DNA of 64,000 nt from assembly GCF_009914755.1 (NCBI RefSeq), contig NC_060941.1. The stretch is one strand, 5' to 3'. This stretch comes from the human T2T-CHM13v2.0 reference genome, Homo sapiens. Positions 19,913 to 45,537 of the stretch are shown piece by piece (the stretch's first letter is position 1; each line of letters starts with the position of its first letter). Under the pieces are notes generated by a model that saw only the letters and a list, made by a program, of their open reading frames with translations, ran no database searches and had not been told where the DNA came from. The translations under genes were made by a program, and so were the position numbers.

Positions 19913-20471
19913 AGGGAGGGTACTGTCTTATTCTCCTGTGTGCCCTGGTGCTTTGTAAAGTGTCTGGCACACAGAAGGCTCACAATAAAGTTTGTTACAT
20001 GAAGGAGTGAATGGCAACATAATACAACATAACGGCAGTGATACTAAAAAGATCAAAGTTCAGGTTTAAGACATGTTACCTGCTTCCAAGACTAGTGAAT
20101 ATTAAGAGAGAAACACCCTCCTGCCCCCATTCTTCGGAAATTCTGTCTGGTTTATATACTATAAATTTTGGATTCTTAAGAGGTTCTCTCACAATGAAGC
20201 AAGCTAAAATATAGCTATCTTTTCTGAAAAGCCAAAAATAGGGAAAAAACCCAAGATGAGTGAGATACATTCCAATATGCTTTGGGAAATGCAGAGTAAA
20301 CATCTGAACACCAAATGTGCATCACTACTACAGTGGGCATAGAAAAAAAATATCCTAAGTGAAGAATTAAACACATAACATCCTAAATGAACATTTGGTT
20401 ATCAAATGTGAAAAATGAAATAGTTTATGCTCAAAATTGCCAAAATTTAATTCTAAAAAGTAAATTCACTA

Positions 20472-20729
<258 letters not shown>

Positions 20730-21221
20730 TTAAGTATTAACTAATATAATAGCAAAGTTCAAAAAATTCAGCAAAGACTGTTTTCGTTAAATTTTATTTA
20801 GTAGAATGAGACACCATATGATTATTGTGTATTTTACCAACTTTATTACCATTTTTCCCACAGTAGTTCAGAATACAGCATTCTCCCACTTAACACTCTG
20901 CTCTCTTCTGCACTGTCAATTTCTGAAATAACTGAATGTAAATGTACTCATGAAACAAACAGAAATAAGAGCCTGTTGTGTTTATGATGAAGCAAGTCTA
21001 TTTTATATAATAGATTTTCACAAGTATGTATTTCTGAAAATCACAAAGCTCTAAACTACTAATGATGAAACTCTATCAAATAATTAATCAAAAGCTGCAA
21101 ATGTAGACCTGATATGAAACTTCCACTTGATAAGCAATTTAGAAGAAAGTATGTTATAATCTCATTTACTGCTGATGCAATGCTAAAAAAAAATTCCACC
21201 ACGTTATCCTCTCTAGTTTTA

Positions 21222-21560
<339 letters not shown>

Positions 21561-21651
21561 GTATACACAGAAGTATACACTTAGGTTAGCCAATTTTCTT
21601 TCAAAATGGTGTTTCGACTGAGATATATCATGCTAATTTCAAAAGTACTTA

Positions 21652-21765
<114 letters not shown>

Positions 21766-21875
21766 CTAAAAGAGTTGTACAACAAGTTATATGCAAGACT
21801 GGACATAATGGAAACTTTGACAAAAACTGAACAATCATGGAATAACTATATATCCATTTCAAATTTTAAAGTCTT

Positions 21876-22510
<635 letters not shown>

Positions 22511-23003
22511 GTCTTAAGGGGAAAAATATTGCAAGGCTGCCTTTTCATAGTGTCTTTCTATAGTATTTAGTTTTCACAAAACTATTATAATAAATCATTG
22601 CTAATCTGACTTACTCCCCTCAGCTGACATTTTTCTTGACATTCATTTTTGACAAATGTATAAAGAAAAAGTTCTTATAACAAGTTAGCAGTATAAATGT
22701 GGAATATATATATAAATAAGCCCCTTAAAACAGCTTTTGTAAAATAATTTTCCAAAGTAATGCCGGGTCTTTAACTGCAACCTTTATTAGGATATGACCC
22801 ACTGTACACATTTTAAACAGGAATCCTACATTTCTCCAAAAGTGAGACATAATCTAAACTATGGCTGCAATTGGACTGAATCAGTAATATACTGAACAAC
22901 ACTGAATAGAAAGCAGCACCATACAATTGCATCTAACTATTGCAGTTAAAAAGATTTGAAAATAAAAAAAGCAAATTACTCTTCTGAATAAGAAGCCATG
23001 TCA

Positions 23004-23394
<391 letters not shown>

Positions 23395-23579
23395 CTAGCA
23401 CAGTAATTCCCCAAATAAGTTTATAATACTTTGCAATTTTGTGAATTGCAATAAAATGAAATAGATATTAAAATATTCATCCTTGTTAAATAATAAGAAC
23501 CTTCATGTATATAGGGAGAGTGTTGACAATTACATTAAAAGCTAGTTACCGCTAGAAAATTACAATTTATAATGGATTT

Positions 23580-24290
23580 TCCCCCTTTTGGTATAAAATT
23601 CTATGAATTTTAACTCATGTAGTGATTTGCATAACCATCATCACAATGAAGACACAGAACCCCAAAAATCTTCCTCATACTGTCCCTTTATAATCACACA
23701 CTTCCCCCACTCATAAGCCCTCCTAAGACATCCAGTGATCTGTACTTCATCACTACAAATTTGTCTTTTCAAGAATGTCAAATATAGTACGTAACTCTTT
23801 GAGGCTGTCTTTATTCACTCTGTATAATGGCCTAAATTGTAAGATTCACTCAAGTTATACATCAATAGTTCATTTATTTTTATTGCTTAGTAGTATTCCA
23901 TCGTACAGACATACCACAGTTTATTCACCTGTTGAAGGATATCTGAGCTGATTTTATCTTTTTACTATCACAAATAAAGCTATTCTGAACAGGTTTTGTA
24001 GACTGGGTTTACGTAAACATAAGTTTTCATTTCCCGTGGGTAAATACTCAAGAGTGGGATTGCTGGGTCATATGGTAAGCATATGTGTAACTTTATAAGA
24101 AACTGCCAAACTGTTTTCCAGACTGGCTGCACCACCTTGCATTCTCACCAGTAAGGTACAGGAGTTCCAGGTGCTTTGCATCCCCACCAGCAATGAGTAT
24201 TTTATTGTTTAAACTGTAGGCATTTTAATAGGTATGTAGTGGTACCCCATTGTGGTTTTAATTTGCATCTTCTTAATGGCTAATGAGGAA
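23580..24290 (-). mobile_element. Old L1M fragment
   Basis: Antisense L1 hallmarks (TAGTATTCCATCGTA, GGGATTGCTGGGTCATATGGTA, GTGGTTTTAATTTGCAT). Confidence 0.7.
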
Positions 24291-24404
24291 ATGACAATTT
24301 TCAGTATGAAAAAAGATGCCATTCACAGGCTTTCAATCAAAATCCAAAATAATTATTGGTCCCAAACATTTTGGATAAGGGATACTCAACCTATATTTCC
24401 ATTA

Positions 24405-24563
<159 letters not shown>

Positions 24564-24617
24564 CTACAAATGAGAAATTTACACAATCAAAATTCCATGG
24601 AAACGTGTTAAAATTTA

Positions 24618-25227
<610 letters not shown>

Positions 25228-26119
25228 AGAACCGAACTATTCTTTAACCCAGCTATAAGAATATTTTACAGCTCTTGTGCACTTTATCCGCCATGTACAA
25301 ATACAGCTGTGAGACATTTTATATTTCACAAATATAGCCATAATTCTTAAGAAAATGTCTCTATAAAACCTTATCCATATTTTGTAACTCTGCTTTGAGA
25401 ACCTAAATATGAAATTACTATGTTTAACAAATAATAGGACCACAAGCTACATAAACGGCACAGAAGATGCAAAATGCCTTGTGATTATTTGAAAAGTGTG
25501 TTATATGTAGTCCAATGTCTTCAATTAATACTCTAATTCTGACTTATCTTTAAATACAAGACTACCTTCTTTAAAAATATCTAATTTTGCTAGGTATTAA
25601 AGTTGTTAACATTTTTGTAGCTATAAGTAATGTTAGTAGATTTATAATTTCCAACAAATTAAACACCAAAAATATGACTACAGTATAACCTAAAGCACCT
25701 AGTGAATGAATTTTCATGCTTAGGCTTGCTTACCCTATTTTCAATAATATCAAACTAATTACAGCTTCCTACATCTATTATACATTTCTTACTTTGTTAT
25801 CTTTGAATATTATTTCCTCTATGTCTAAAATGCTCTTCTCCCACACCCTGACCCTGTAGAATTTTTATTCATTTTTTTTAAAGTCACATTTAAATCCGTG
25901 ATAAGATACCCAATTCCCAGAAAAATCTAGATATACCATGGCTGTCAGTATTTAAATAGATTCATTTGCAGAAAGGGATGTACAAAGACATTATTGGTTG
26001 AATTACAGTGATGACATTTTGTGTATTTCTTTAAAAAATAAACATAAAAATATACAAAATATCTACATACATTAAGTATCTCTGAATACAGAAAAAACAG
26101 TTCATATCATTTTGAGTTA

Positions 26120-26245
<126 letters not shown>

Positions 26246-26764
26246 CTAAAATATTAAAAACCATTCATAAGTAAAATACATTCCTCACAGAGCGAAAAAA
26301 TGTATTTTATTGATCAAAGAGCAATGATCGAACTTGGTCTTCCCAAGTAACTCTAGACACCAAAATGTCATAAAGAACATCACATCGAAATCTCACTGAT
26401 ACCTAAAAAGTACCGAGTACCCCGTAACAAGTCAGTAAAGGTCAGGAAAACCTCAGATGCAGAGATGCAGCCAAGCAGGAAAACATGGAAGAAATGGCAT
26501 CTGACTAGGGGAAGAGAAAGCAGAGGTCCACAGCGGCTTGAAGCCATGACCTGCAGACACTGTGACTGAGGAGGAAAAAGGCAGTGGCAGAGGCAAAAGG
26601 CGAAACGGTTCTACCACCCGGGTGGGAGGAAGAGCCACAGTCACCCAAATTCACCTCAATACCATGTGACACTGAGAGCCAGAGACCCTCATGCCTTCAG
26701 TTTCCTCACAGGTTATATCAAGGGGCTAGAATACACTCCCTTCAGCACTAACATTCTATGATCC

Positions 26765-26975
26765 AGGTCACAAATCAGCAAACATTTTCTGTAAATTTTT
26801 GCAAATGTTCATAAAGTAGTTATTTTAGACTTTGTGGGCCAGTCTCTGTGGCAACTATTCAACTCTGCCTCCTTAAAAACAAATGAGTGTGGCTGTGTCC
26901 CAATGACTTTATTTATAAAAATAGGAGGCGGGTGGGATTTGATTTGTGTCCCATCATTTGCCAATGTTTGATCTA
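26765..26975. mobile_element. MER58A-like DNA transposon
   Basis: Resembles MER58 (CAGCAAACATTTTCTGTAAA...GGCTGTGTCCCAAT...TTTGCCAA). Confidence 0.55.
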
Positions 26976-27017
26976 GATTTTAAGCAATATATGATAATCA
27001 CTAACAATCAGGACCAT

Positions 27018-27368
<351 letters not shown>

Positions 27369-27489
27369 TTACATTAAGTATATTTTGGTTAAGGCAGCAG
27401 AAAAGTGAATAGAATATCTTAGAAAGATTTCCACGAAAAACATTTAATGTTTAAGCAGCTCAGGCTAAATGTTTTTGTTGTGGAGGTGG

Positions 27490-28262
27490 TTTTATTTTAT
27501 TTTAGATTCAGGGGGTACATGTGGAGGTTTGTTTCATGAATATATTGTATAGTGGTGAGGTATGGGCCTCTAGCGAACCTATCACCCAAACAGTGAACAT
27601 TGCACCCAATAGGTAATTTTGGATACACAGGTAACCCTCACCTCCTTTCATCCTCCCTGCTTTTGGAGTCCTCAGCGTCTGTTATTTCCACCTTTTTTTT
27701 TTTTTAATTAAAAACATTTTTTTGGCTGGGTACGGTGGCTCATGCCCGTAATCCCAGACTTTGGGAGGCTGAGGCCGGCGGATCACGAGGTCAAGAGATC
27801 GAGACCATTCTGGCCAACATGGCAAAACCCAGTCTCTACTAAAAATACAAAAATTAGCCGGGTGTGGTGGTGCATGCCTGTAGTCCCAGCTACTCAGGAG
27901 TCTAAGACAGGAGAATTGCTTGAACCCAGTGAGCCAAGATCGCACCACTGCACTCCAGCCTGGCGACAAGAGCGAGAATCTCTCTCAAAAAAAAAAAAAA
28001 AAAAATTTTTTTTAAAGAGATGGGGCCTCATTTTGTCACCCAGGCTGGAGTGCACTGGCATGACCACAGCTCACTGCTACCTCAAATTCCTGGGCTCATG
28101 TGATCTTCCCACCTCAGCCTCTTGGGCAGCTGGGACTACAGGTATGTGCCACCACACTCAGCTAATTTTTTTAAAGTTTTTTTGTAAAGACAGGGGTCTC
28201 ACCATCTTCATGCCCATGTGCACCTACTGTTTAACTTCCATTTATCAATGAGAACAAGCAGT
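27490..28262 (-). mobile_element. L1PB/L1MA 3' end interrupted by two Alus (27723-28004 +, 28005-28203 -)
   Basis: TTTAGATTCAGGGGGTACATGTG start; L1 resumes at CCATCTTCATGCCCATGTG. Confidence 0.7.
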
Positions 28263-28513
28263 ATTAAACTTTTAACTATCTGAAACACTGGCTATTTAGA
28301 GACCCAGGCATTCTGGAAAGCTATGGTTTTATTGTAAACTATAACTCTTTCAATAAGTTCAAGGCCCTAGGACATGTAGTGTCTCACAAAACATAGGATG
28401 CCTGTAAAGTTAATTATAATAATAATTTCTAGAAGAGCACACAACTTGATAATTCTAAAAGCTGTGCAAAAAATACATTAACAGAAATCAGATGGGGTTA
28501 AAAACAACAACTA

Positions 28514-28998
28514 CAGTAGTCTCCACTTACGAAGGTTTTGCTTTCCAGTTTCAGTTAGCCATGGTCAACTGTGGTGTGAAAATATTAAATGGAAAACTCC
28601 ATGTATAAACAATCTATAAGCTTTAAGCTGCACACCATTCTGAGTAGTGATGAAATCAAATGCAGTCCCTCAAATCACCCTTCGGTCCAGTGTCTCCACA
28701 CTACCCACCCTAGTCACTCAGTAGCCATCTCAGTCTCATGTGATCCACTGTATCCAGGGCAGTGCTTGTGCTCAAGCAACCCTTATTATACTTCACAATG
28801 GCTTCAAAACCCAAGAGTGGTGATGCTGGCCATTTGTATATGCCAAAGCGAAGCCATAAAGTGCCTCCTTTAAATGAAAAGGTGAAAGTTCTCAACAAGG
28901 AAAAAGCATAGTGGATATATGGTTTTGTACTATCTGTGGTTTCTGGTCTCCAGAGAGGATTTTTGGACATATTCCTTATGGACAAAGGGGGACTACTG
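28514..28998. mobile_element. MER44 (Tigger7-derived) DNA transposon
   Basis: TIRs CAGTAGTC / GACTACTG with TA target duplications at 28512-28513 and 28999-29000. Confidence 0.78.
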
Positions 28999-29230
28999 TA
29001 CATTAATACGCTAACAATGCAATGGGGAAGCTATTAAAAAAATTCTAATAATAAGTGAACGTCTTGCTCCTCTCTGAAAAAAATGCAAGACATTCAGGAA
29101 GTTACAGTTGGAGTGACCCCTTGGGCTCGAGTGACAGACAATGAATATAAACCATTCATATTAAGCAATTTAGAAAAGGTTATTTCCTTCCTTCCTTTCC
29201 TTCCCTTCCTCCTTCCCCCCCCTCCCTCTC

Positions 29231-31298
<2,068 letters not shown>

Positions 31299-31752
31299 AC
31301 ACTGTCTTTTATATGCATGTAAACTTACCTAAAGAAAAATAAACCAAAATCAATTACAGTAACTGACTTCTGCAAAAAATAATTTAACCCACTTTAATAC
31401 TATCCTTACCCTAGAAGCAGTCTAATTAATAAAATCAGGAATTTGTCCAGTAACACTATATATCTATTTTTGGTTCCATTACATCCTCTTTTACAATGCC
31501 ATTGTCTTTATTATTTAAAGCAAGAAATTAAAACCCAGAAACTACTCAGGAAACAGTATTTAAAAGATGAGATAAAAATGTAAAAAATGAGATCTACTTG
31601 TACAGGGGAACATTTAAATATATCTCAAGAAGAATAAGGAAACAGTAAAGAAAAATCCAACTTCACCAAAACACTAAAAGAGAACTTACATAATCTCTAA
31701 ACAAAATGAGCAAAATAGTCTCTCTAAAAATGGCCTCAAAAATAAGTTGGAA

Positions 31753-31875
31753 GCCGGGTGCAGTGGCTCATGCCTGTAATCCCAGCACTTTAGGAGGCTG
31801 AGGTGGGAGGATCACTTAAGCCCAGGAGTTCAAGACCAGCCTGGGTAATGTAGCGAGACCCAAGCCCCCATTTCT

Positions 31876-31906
<31 letters not shown>

Positions 31907-31911
31907 CACAC
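31753..31911 (+). repeat. Alu left monomer/FLAM ending in a (CA)n microsatellite (31876-31911)
   Basis: Seen directly. Confidence 0.8.
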
Positions 31912-31919
31912 AAGATTAA

Positions 31920-32117
31920 ATGTTTAACAGTACATTCTTTTGGCAGACTTCAGTTTTCTCAGGCAGGCACTCTAAGTGGGGGTTGGGTCATCCTGGAAAT
32001 GCAGCCTTGAGCTGTTAGAAACAATCTTAGTATTTGTTTAAGTCTACACAGGACAAGGTTAAGGACTTGTCAAGAAGAGGGCTCAGAGAGTTTAGTCAAG
32101 GAGAGAAATCTTTATCA
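31920..32117 (-). mobile_element. MER31/MER67-like ERV1 LTR fragment
   Basis: Minus strand starts TGATAAAGATTTCTCTCCTTGACTAAACT. Confidence 0.45.
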
Positions 32118-32202
32118 ACATGCATAGTTTTTGAATGTCAGTAATACCTCAAAAAGCTGTTTTGCAAAAAAATCATATATTGGGATAATATAAGAAAATG
32201 AA

Positions 32203-32546
<344 letters not shown>

Positions 32547-32628
32547 TTAATAAAAGGGATATGACTAAATAAAATGAGAATATCAGCTTGATAAATTAAA
32601 ACAAAACCATTTAAAATAATAAAAGTGG

Positions 32629-32930
32629 GGCTAGGCACAGGGACTCATGCCTGTAATTCTAGCATTTTGAGAGGCCAAGGCAGAGGGATCACTTGAGCCC
32701 AGGAGTTTGAGACCAGCCTGGGTAATATAGTGAGACCTCATCTCTACAAAAAATAAAAAAATTGGCCAGGTGTGGCGGCATGCGCTTACAGTCCCAGCTG
32801 CTTGGGGGCTGAGGTGGGAAGACTGCTTGAGCCCAGGAGGTTGAGGCTGCAGTCAGTTGTAATCATACCACTGCACTCCAGCCTGGGTGACAGAGTGAGA
32901 CCCTGTCTCAAAATAAGTAAATAAATAAGG
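32629..32930 (+). mobile_element. AluJ-like
   Basis: Alu dimer. Confidence 0.85.
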
Positions 32931-33202
32931 AAAAAATAAAAGTAGCAATACCAAAATAGAACAAAGCTGTATGAACACTCTAAGTACAACACAATTTTTA
33001 AAAATATGCAAACATATAAAGACTAGAAGAAAAAACAGAAAACAGTCATATCATTGTGAGAATGTAGACTGAATTTTAAAACACCCTCTAGGATGTTACA
33101 ACGTTGACTTAACACATTTTAAACAGACTTATAGAAGAGCTTGTGAAAAGTTCTGAAATACAAATGCTTTTGTGTTTGGAGCAGACATGATCATGAACTC
33201 AC

Positions 33203-33331
33203 TTGTTTTAACTGACTCCGCCTTTTGGACAAAAGCATAATATTTTCATTAAGTAAATCCCATTCTTTAGCCTCATAGCACATCTTCACTACTGCAACTA
33301 AGATACGGGATGTCGATACCATATCGGAAGC
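33203..33331 (-). CDS. PSMD12: PSMD12 exon 3 (129 nt, ASDMVSTS...RSQLKQ)
   Basis: CAG acceptor, GTGAGT donor; 87-nt intron 2. Confidence 0.96.
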
Positions 33332-33418
33332 CTGTAAGGGTAAAAATATATTGAAAGTTAATGGAAGAATGTTCAATGAAATTAATGGTAACTGAGCTTT
33401 CCCCTGTAAACTACTCAC

Positions 33419-33478
33419 AGTACGAGTCTGCTTTTCCAGAGAGAGAAGGGTTTCAATGACTTCTTGAAGTCTTCCTTC
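33419..33478 (-). CDS. PSMD12: PSMD12 exon 2 (60 nt, [20 protein letters not shown])
   Basis: TAG acceptor, GTGAGT donor, phase 0/0. Confidence 0.96.
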
Positions 33479-33751
33479 CTAAAACAAAAGATGAAAATGA
33501 ACAATAAAAAAACACACAAAATGCAAATAACTAGTCTAAAATGAAATGGTTTTGACACAGAAAAGGAAAAATCAACAGCCTCTTCTAGAGGAAAAGGACT
33601 ACCCATAACTAGTTTTGTTTCTCTCCTTTTCATGATAGTGCTTCCTTCTCTAGTGGGTTCCATCAGTCAGTGGTTCCCTACTTGAAGCCCATAAGCTATT
33701 TTTAATATTTTTAAATGCCTAAGAGAAACTGAACATATAACAATCATGTAA

Positions 33752-35270
<1,519 letters not shown>

Positions 35271-37200
35271 TTTTTAAAATGCATTTATTTAACATGCTAA
35301 TATTAATAACTATCATGTAAATATCTCTGACAATAAATTGAAATGAGAAGAGTATTGTTTAAAAATTGTTTTTCTAACCAAAAATGAATTTTTTTTATCT
35401 TAATAACATTCATGGATGATACGTGAGTACTATCCTTTTCTACTGATGAAAGAAACTTATTAAATAGCTTCTGAATTATGGGCATAAATAATGTTTTGAC
35501 TTTTTAAAATACTGCTGCCATATTTTTCCAAGATAGCTTTTAAACATGCATGAATCTTCCATGCGGCACAGCATATATACTGCATGGCCCGTCTGAACTT
35601 ATTTTAATTAAATCTGAAATATGTGATTCTTAACATATTTTAACAACGTTTCCTGTTTGGAGAGCCCTAGTTCTCCTTTCTCTGAAAGTTCTATAGATTT
35701 ATATATATAATAAATACTGGCTAAATGTTCATCAGAGGAAAAAAACAATGAACAAATCTATAAATTCTCCAAAGTTGAAGGCTAATAAATCCTAAAAGAT
35801 GAAAGAATCTTAGAACTAGAAAGACGGCTAGGCATTATTTAATTCAATCATTTCATTTTAGAGATTAAAAAGACTGAGGACTAAACAGCTTAAAATGACT
35901 TGCTTAGCCACAAAAGGAAATGAGCAGCACTAGATCCGGGGCTCCTGCCTCAAGCTCCAAAGCTCTCTCCACTAGAGTGCAGCGCTTCCCCTACTGTACT
36001 AGTTTAAATCTCACCTTTCGCTTTGATCAAAGTCATCTCTATGGTTACTATCTGGCAACAAAATGAAGGGCAAAAATAGTTAAAATGCAAAATACTATTT
36101 AATGACAGTCACCCATCACATTTGCAATTACTATTAGTCACGTGACTGTGATCAATAAAGTGTGGTTTAATATATGGTATTCTAATTCAGAAGCATGGGT
36201 ATTAAATTGCATCATACATGTGAGAGAATCACACATTGGCCTAAAGCCACAGTCTGGAGTATCAACAAAACATTAAACGTCATTTTCTTACAAAGGCATT
36301 TTTGGATAACACTCTCTAAAAATCAGTAGTCACTTAGTACCTCTTCCTTTCATACTCAACCATACTGACTCTACTCTGCAATTACCCCAAACTATATTCT
36401 ATTTTGGTGTTTACTGTCTTTCCAATCTCAGTAGAATGCGAACTCTGTAAGAGCAGGGATGCCATGTCTATACTGTTCATCACTGCAGTTCAGTGAGCTG
36501 CATCACACCAAGCACATGCCACTGCTTCTGCAGACACTATGGTCCATCCTTCCATCCTTGTATCAGTTACTGATGCACATAGCTTACCTCCTAAGTGGTC
36601 TACAAGTTCCTTTAGGGCTGGATCCTCGTTTACTTGTCACTTCTCTTTGCACCAACCTCCATATAATACGTGTTGAATGGATTGGCACTCACCTGATCTG
36701 TATTCAGTTGATCTCAATGGCTTACGATTCCTGATTCTTACTGTCACAATAAGCAGGATGTGACAAACTATACCGTTGACAATTTAGTGCTATTTGAAGG
36801 ACACTACCATCATTTCATTTAATACAATTTCCAATTTTCAAATCATCCCCCTTTTTTCTCCCAATCTTCCACATTCTACCCTATGGCTAAACATCCTCCT
36901 CTTTTTCCTGTCTATTCACTCAGGTCCTGAAATTCCAACTCCTTGATGCTGCCTTTCAACTCAGAGGAACAAATGGTTAGAAAGCTATCCAAAACCAACC
37001 TGTTAGAACATGTGACTTCAGTGACTCATTTTCCTCATTAAAATAATCCTTGTAAATGATGTAAGCGACTAATGAGTTTGTTCAACATCAATGTTGAGTA
37101 TAAGTTCTGTTTGCACCTCCTTTAATTCCTGAATGAATCCAATCTTTCAATGATTTGTTACACAACCTAAATAAGAAAGAAAAAGGCTAATAAAAAGTCA

Positions 37201-37846
<646 letters not shown>

Positions 37847-37855
37847 AGACATTAA

Positions 37856-37991
37856 CATTTAGGCCTAGTGTTCCATTACTGGAACGCTGGAACGCTAAGC
37901 TTGTGGGAGTTATTTATATCCTACTGCTCAAGGTCATCGCCAAGATCTGATTTTTCACAAAAAAGATTTTGCAACCTGCAGCACAAATGGG
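37856..37991 (+). mobile_element. MER85 piggyBac-family MITE (PGBD3-related)
   Basis: TTAA at both ends (37852-37855, 37992-37995); ~136 bp; CATTTAGGCC / GCACAAATGGG TIR remnants; GTTCCATTACTGGAAC palindrome. Confidence 0.85.
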
Positions 37992-38297
37992 TTAAGAGGA
38001 AGGAGAATCAAAGGATACATTCAATTTAAGAATGTAAGTAGTCCCCAAATAACCATGTGCCAAATACAACATAATCAAAAAGAGAGAATGAGAAACCCTC
38101 AGTATATTAAGAACTGCTAAATACCATATCTTTACAGTTCAGAAAAGGCCCTCCTTAATTTTTAACTCCTGAATACAAGGCAAAGAGATAACCATCATCA
38201 AGAACTAGTATCACTTTTACTAACACCCCATCATCCCGACACAGGGTGCTTACACACCAATCACAGAGGCGGTAGAATGGTTAATTTATACAGGCTC

Positions 38298-41106
<2,809 letters not shown>

Positions 41107-41139
41107 GTTCAGGTTTTCACTACAATAGGCTTCTAGGCA

Positions 41140-41400
41140 GGACAGCATGGTGTGTGAGGGCACCAGCTCCAGAATCTAGAATCGGTCTGCCTGGGTTTGC
41201 TTCTTGGCTTCACCACTTTACTAGCTGTATGATCTTGGGGCATGTGATTCAACTTTTTCTAGCCCAAGTTTTCTTACCTGTAAAATAAGGATAATAGTAA
41301 TAGCCATCGCATAGGGCTGAGGTGAGGATCAAATGGCTTAGTGCATGTAAGCACGGTGCCTGACACTGCAGAAACTACTCAACAAATATCAGTTATTGTT
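41140..41400 (+). mobile_element. MIR
   Basis: CACTTTACTAGCTGTATGATCTTGGG...CTGTAAAATAAGGATAATAGTA core. Confidence 0.65.
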
Positions 41401-42119
41401 ATCTGTCTGGCATTGGAGGCGGCTGAGTTTTCCCACCCTTATGTAACTGATGTTTGTTGATGCTAGCTGCTAGAAAGCTCTTAATGAATTTGTGGCTCCC
41501 CCTCAGCAAGCATACTGAACCTAAGATATACATACGTACCAACTTTATCACCTTTCTCCATCCTTGTTTCTTGGAAAGCCCGTTAAACTCTTATAGTGCC
41601 TACTTGTCTTTACTTCTGTAGTTCCGTCTTCAGTAATGACTCCACCCCACCTCAATCTTACTAATTCTTCAAGACCCAATACAAACGTCAGCCTTCCTGT
41701 AAAACCTTCCCTTATGGCACCATTAAGAATGCATAGCTTCCTTCTCGGTGTTCCAGTAACACTTTCCCCTTGTATGGCCCTCACCACCATGCATGACTTG
41801 ACTAATTCATCACGTACATCAACTCCTAAAGGACAGGGTCCTGTGTTAGTCATCTTCGTACTATCACTTTCCTGCCCCTTCTCCTGGCCAAAGACCAGGC
41901 ACATAGCCATGATCCACAAACGATGTAACGACATAAATTGATTGAGCAACAGCAACAGAACGAAACTCTCTGATCTAGCCTTAATACTGAAGCGGCCTTA
42001 ACCCCTGGGAAACTACTAAGGTAAATATCACTTAAACAGCATCCAAGAAACGGCAAAAAGTTAAACGGAGCCCTAAGTCCTACGGAGGGAAGTGACCATC
42101 TGTTTTGGGGAGGGTCTGG

Positions 42120-42650
<531 letters not shown>

Positions 42651-43283
42651 TGTCTCTGGGAACATCAGACTTTTTACCTAAAATTTGCGATGAGAAAAGC
42701 GAGTGTAATAGAACAGACCATCTCATATATCCCTACACCCCTGCTTCGAAATATGATTTCTCAGGACCGTGGCCAGTCGCTTTTCTTGGATCTCGGTTTT
42801 CTCATCTCTACATCAGGAGGCTAAAATAAACCTTAAAATAGAAAATTCTAAGGTTTTATCTACTTGAGAATCTTGGTGGCTTACTCTGTGGGATCTCTGA
42901 AAGCTCCTAAGAGAAGATATGGCAGCAGCTCAGTCATTTAATAAGCAAAGTGGTTTTTCTCTTTGTTTTCATTTTCACTGTAATCCACTAAGTTGGTAAA
43001 AAGAAAAGTTAAAAAGACATATTTGTTATCCCTATAGGATTTTCGTGAGCATCAAACTAGATGACATGTGAGACAATTTCAATTCTTAAGGGCCTTACAC
43101 GTTTTATGTGTTATCATTCATACCATGCTGGTCCCTAGAAAATAGCTTGAGATCTTAAAAAAGCTTAGGATCCTTGAAAATGGGAATGAGGCCGGGCGCG
43201 GTGGCTCACGCCTGTAATCCCAGCCCTTTGGGAGGCTGAGGCGGGCGGATCATGAGGTCAGGAGATCGAGACCATCGTGGCTA

Positions 43284-43589
<306 letters not shown>

Positions 43590-44140
43590 TTATCTATTAT
43601 GTTAGTGGTTCTCAATTTAATTAGTGCCGACATCGCTTTATAGATGCTGAATAGATCTCTTTGTTTGTTTTAACTGCAATGAAAATCAGGGAAAATATAA
43701 ACCATCTACAAGCAAAATAAGACAATATCTCAGCTATAATCTGTAATGTAGAGGAGAAACAAATTTTACCTTTTTTTATTTTTGTAGAGATAGCAGCTAT
43801 ACTACGTAGCCCAGGCTGGTCTCAAACACCTGGCCTCAAGCAGTCCTCTCACCTTGGCCTCCTAAAGTGCTGAGATTACAGGTGTGAGCCACTGTGCCCA
43901 ACCAAGAAACAAATTTTAAAATAGCAAAATAATATATATTTCAAGAGATAAGGGCTAAAACATGTCTACAGTGGAAAATACAAGGAAGTAGTTATTTACA
44001 CCCATACACAATAACTATAAATGTAAAAGCTGCAACTGCAACAGGTGTGTTCTCTTGGTTCCTGAAGCATGGTAAGGGCCTATTGTTGGTGACATTTTCC
44101 AAAATGGTGAGCAACAAGCCACTTCTTGGTAAAGCTCTTA

Positions 44141-44479
<339 letters not shown>

Positions 44480-45255
44480 TTATAATCCATGACACGCTGA
44501 AATAAAGTTCTGACTATATCAACATATAATCTTCCATTGTTTTTCTCATGGAAGAATTCTTAGAAATTTTAGTTGATGTTAAAAGTGAAAGAAAAGTAGC
44601 TTGTCGTAAGTAAAATTGACTTAGAGTCTAGGCCTCAGACACAGAAGAAAGTGTCTGGTAGGACATTCAAAAGTCTGATGGAATGTGGGACAATATTTTA
44701 TTGTGTGGGCTTGTTGCCTGGCAGGCTGTTTAGCATTGCAATTACATGCTGGTGTCTCCCTCTTCCCTCTGTGATTGTCACAACCCAAATTCCCCTGCAG
44801 GCTTCTAAAACACACTCTAGAGGCTGGTACTGTTGAGACACACTAGGCTAAGATGCCTTTTCACTACATATTCTGTGTGACATTGGTTTGATGAGAGTAG
44901 ACAACAGGATCTGGAAGTGTAAATTTGTTTTTTGTTAAAAAAAATCTTTTTGGAGACATAGTCTTGTTCTGTTGCCCAAGCTGGAGTGCAGTGGCAAGAT
45001 CAGGGCTCACTGCAGCCCTGACGGCCTAAGCTCAGGTGATTCTTCTGCCTCAGCCTCCCAAGTAGCTGAGACTACTCAGCTATTGGTTTTTGTTTGTTTG
45101 TTTGTTTTTTGAGACGGAGTCACGCTCTGCCACCCAGGCTGGAGTACAGTGGTGTGATCTCGGCTCACTGCAACATTTGCCTCCTGGGTTCAAGTGATTC
45201 CCCTGCCTCAGCCTCCTAAGTAGCTGGGACTACAGGCGTGCACCACCACACCTAA

Positions 45256-45537
<282 letters not shown>

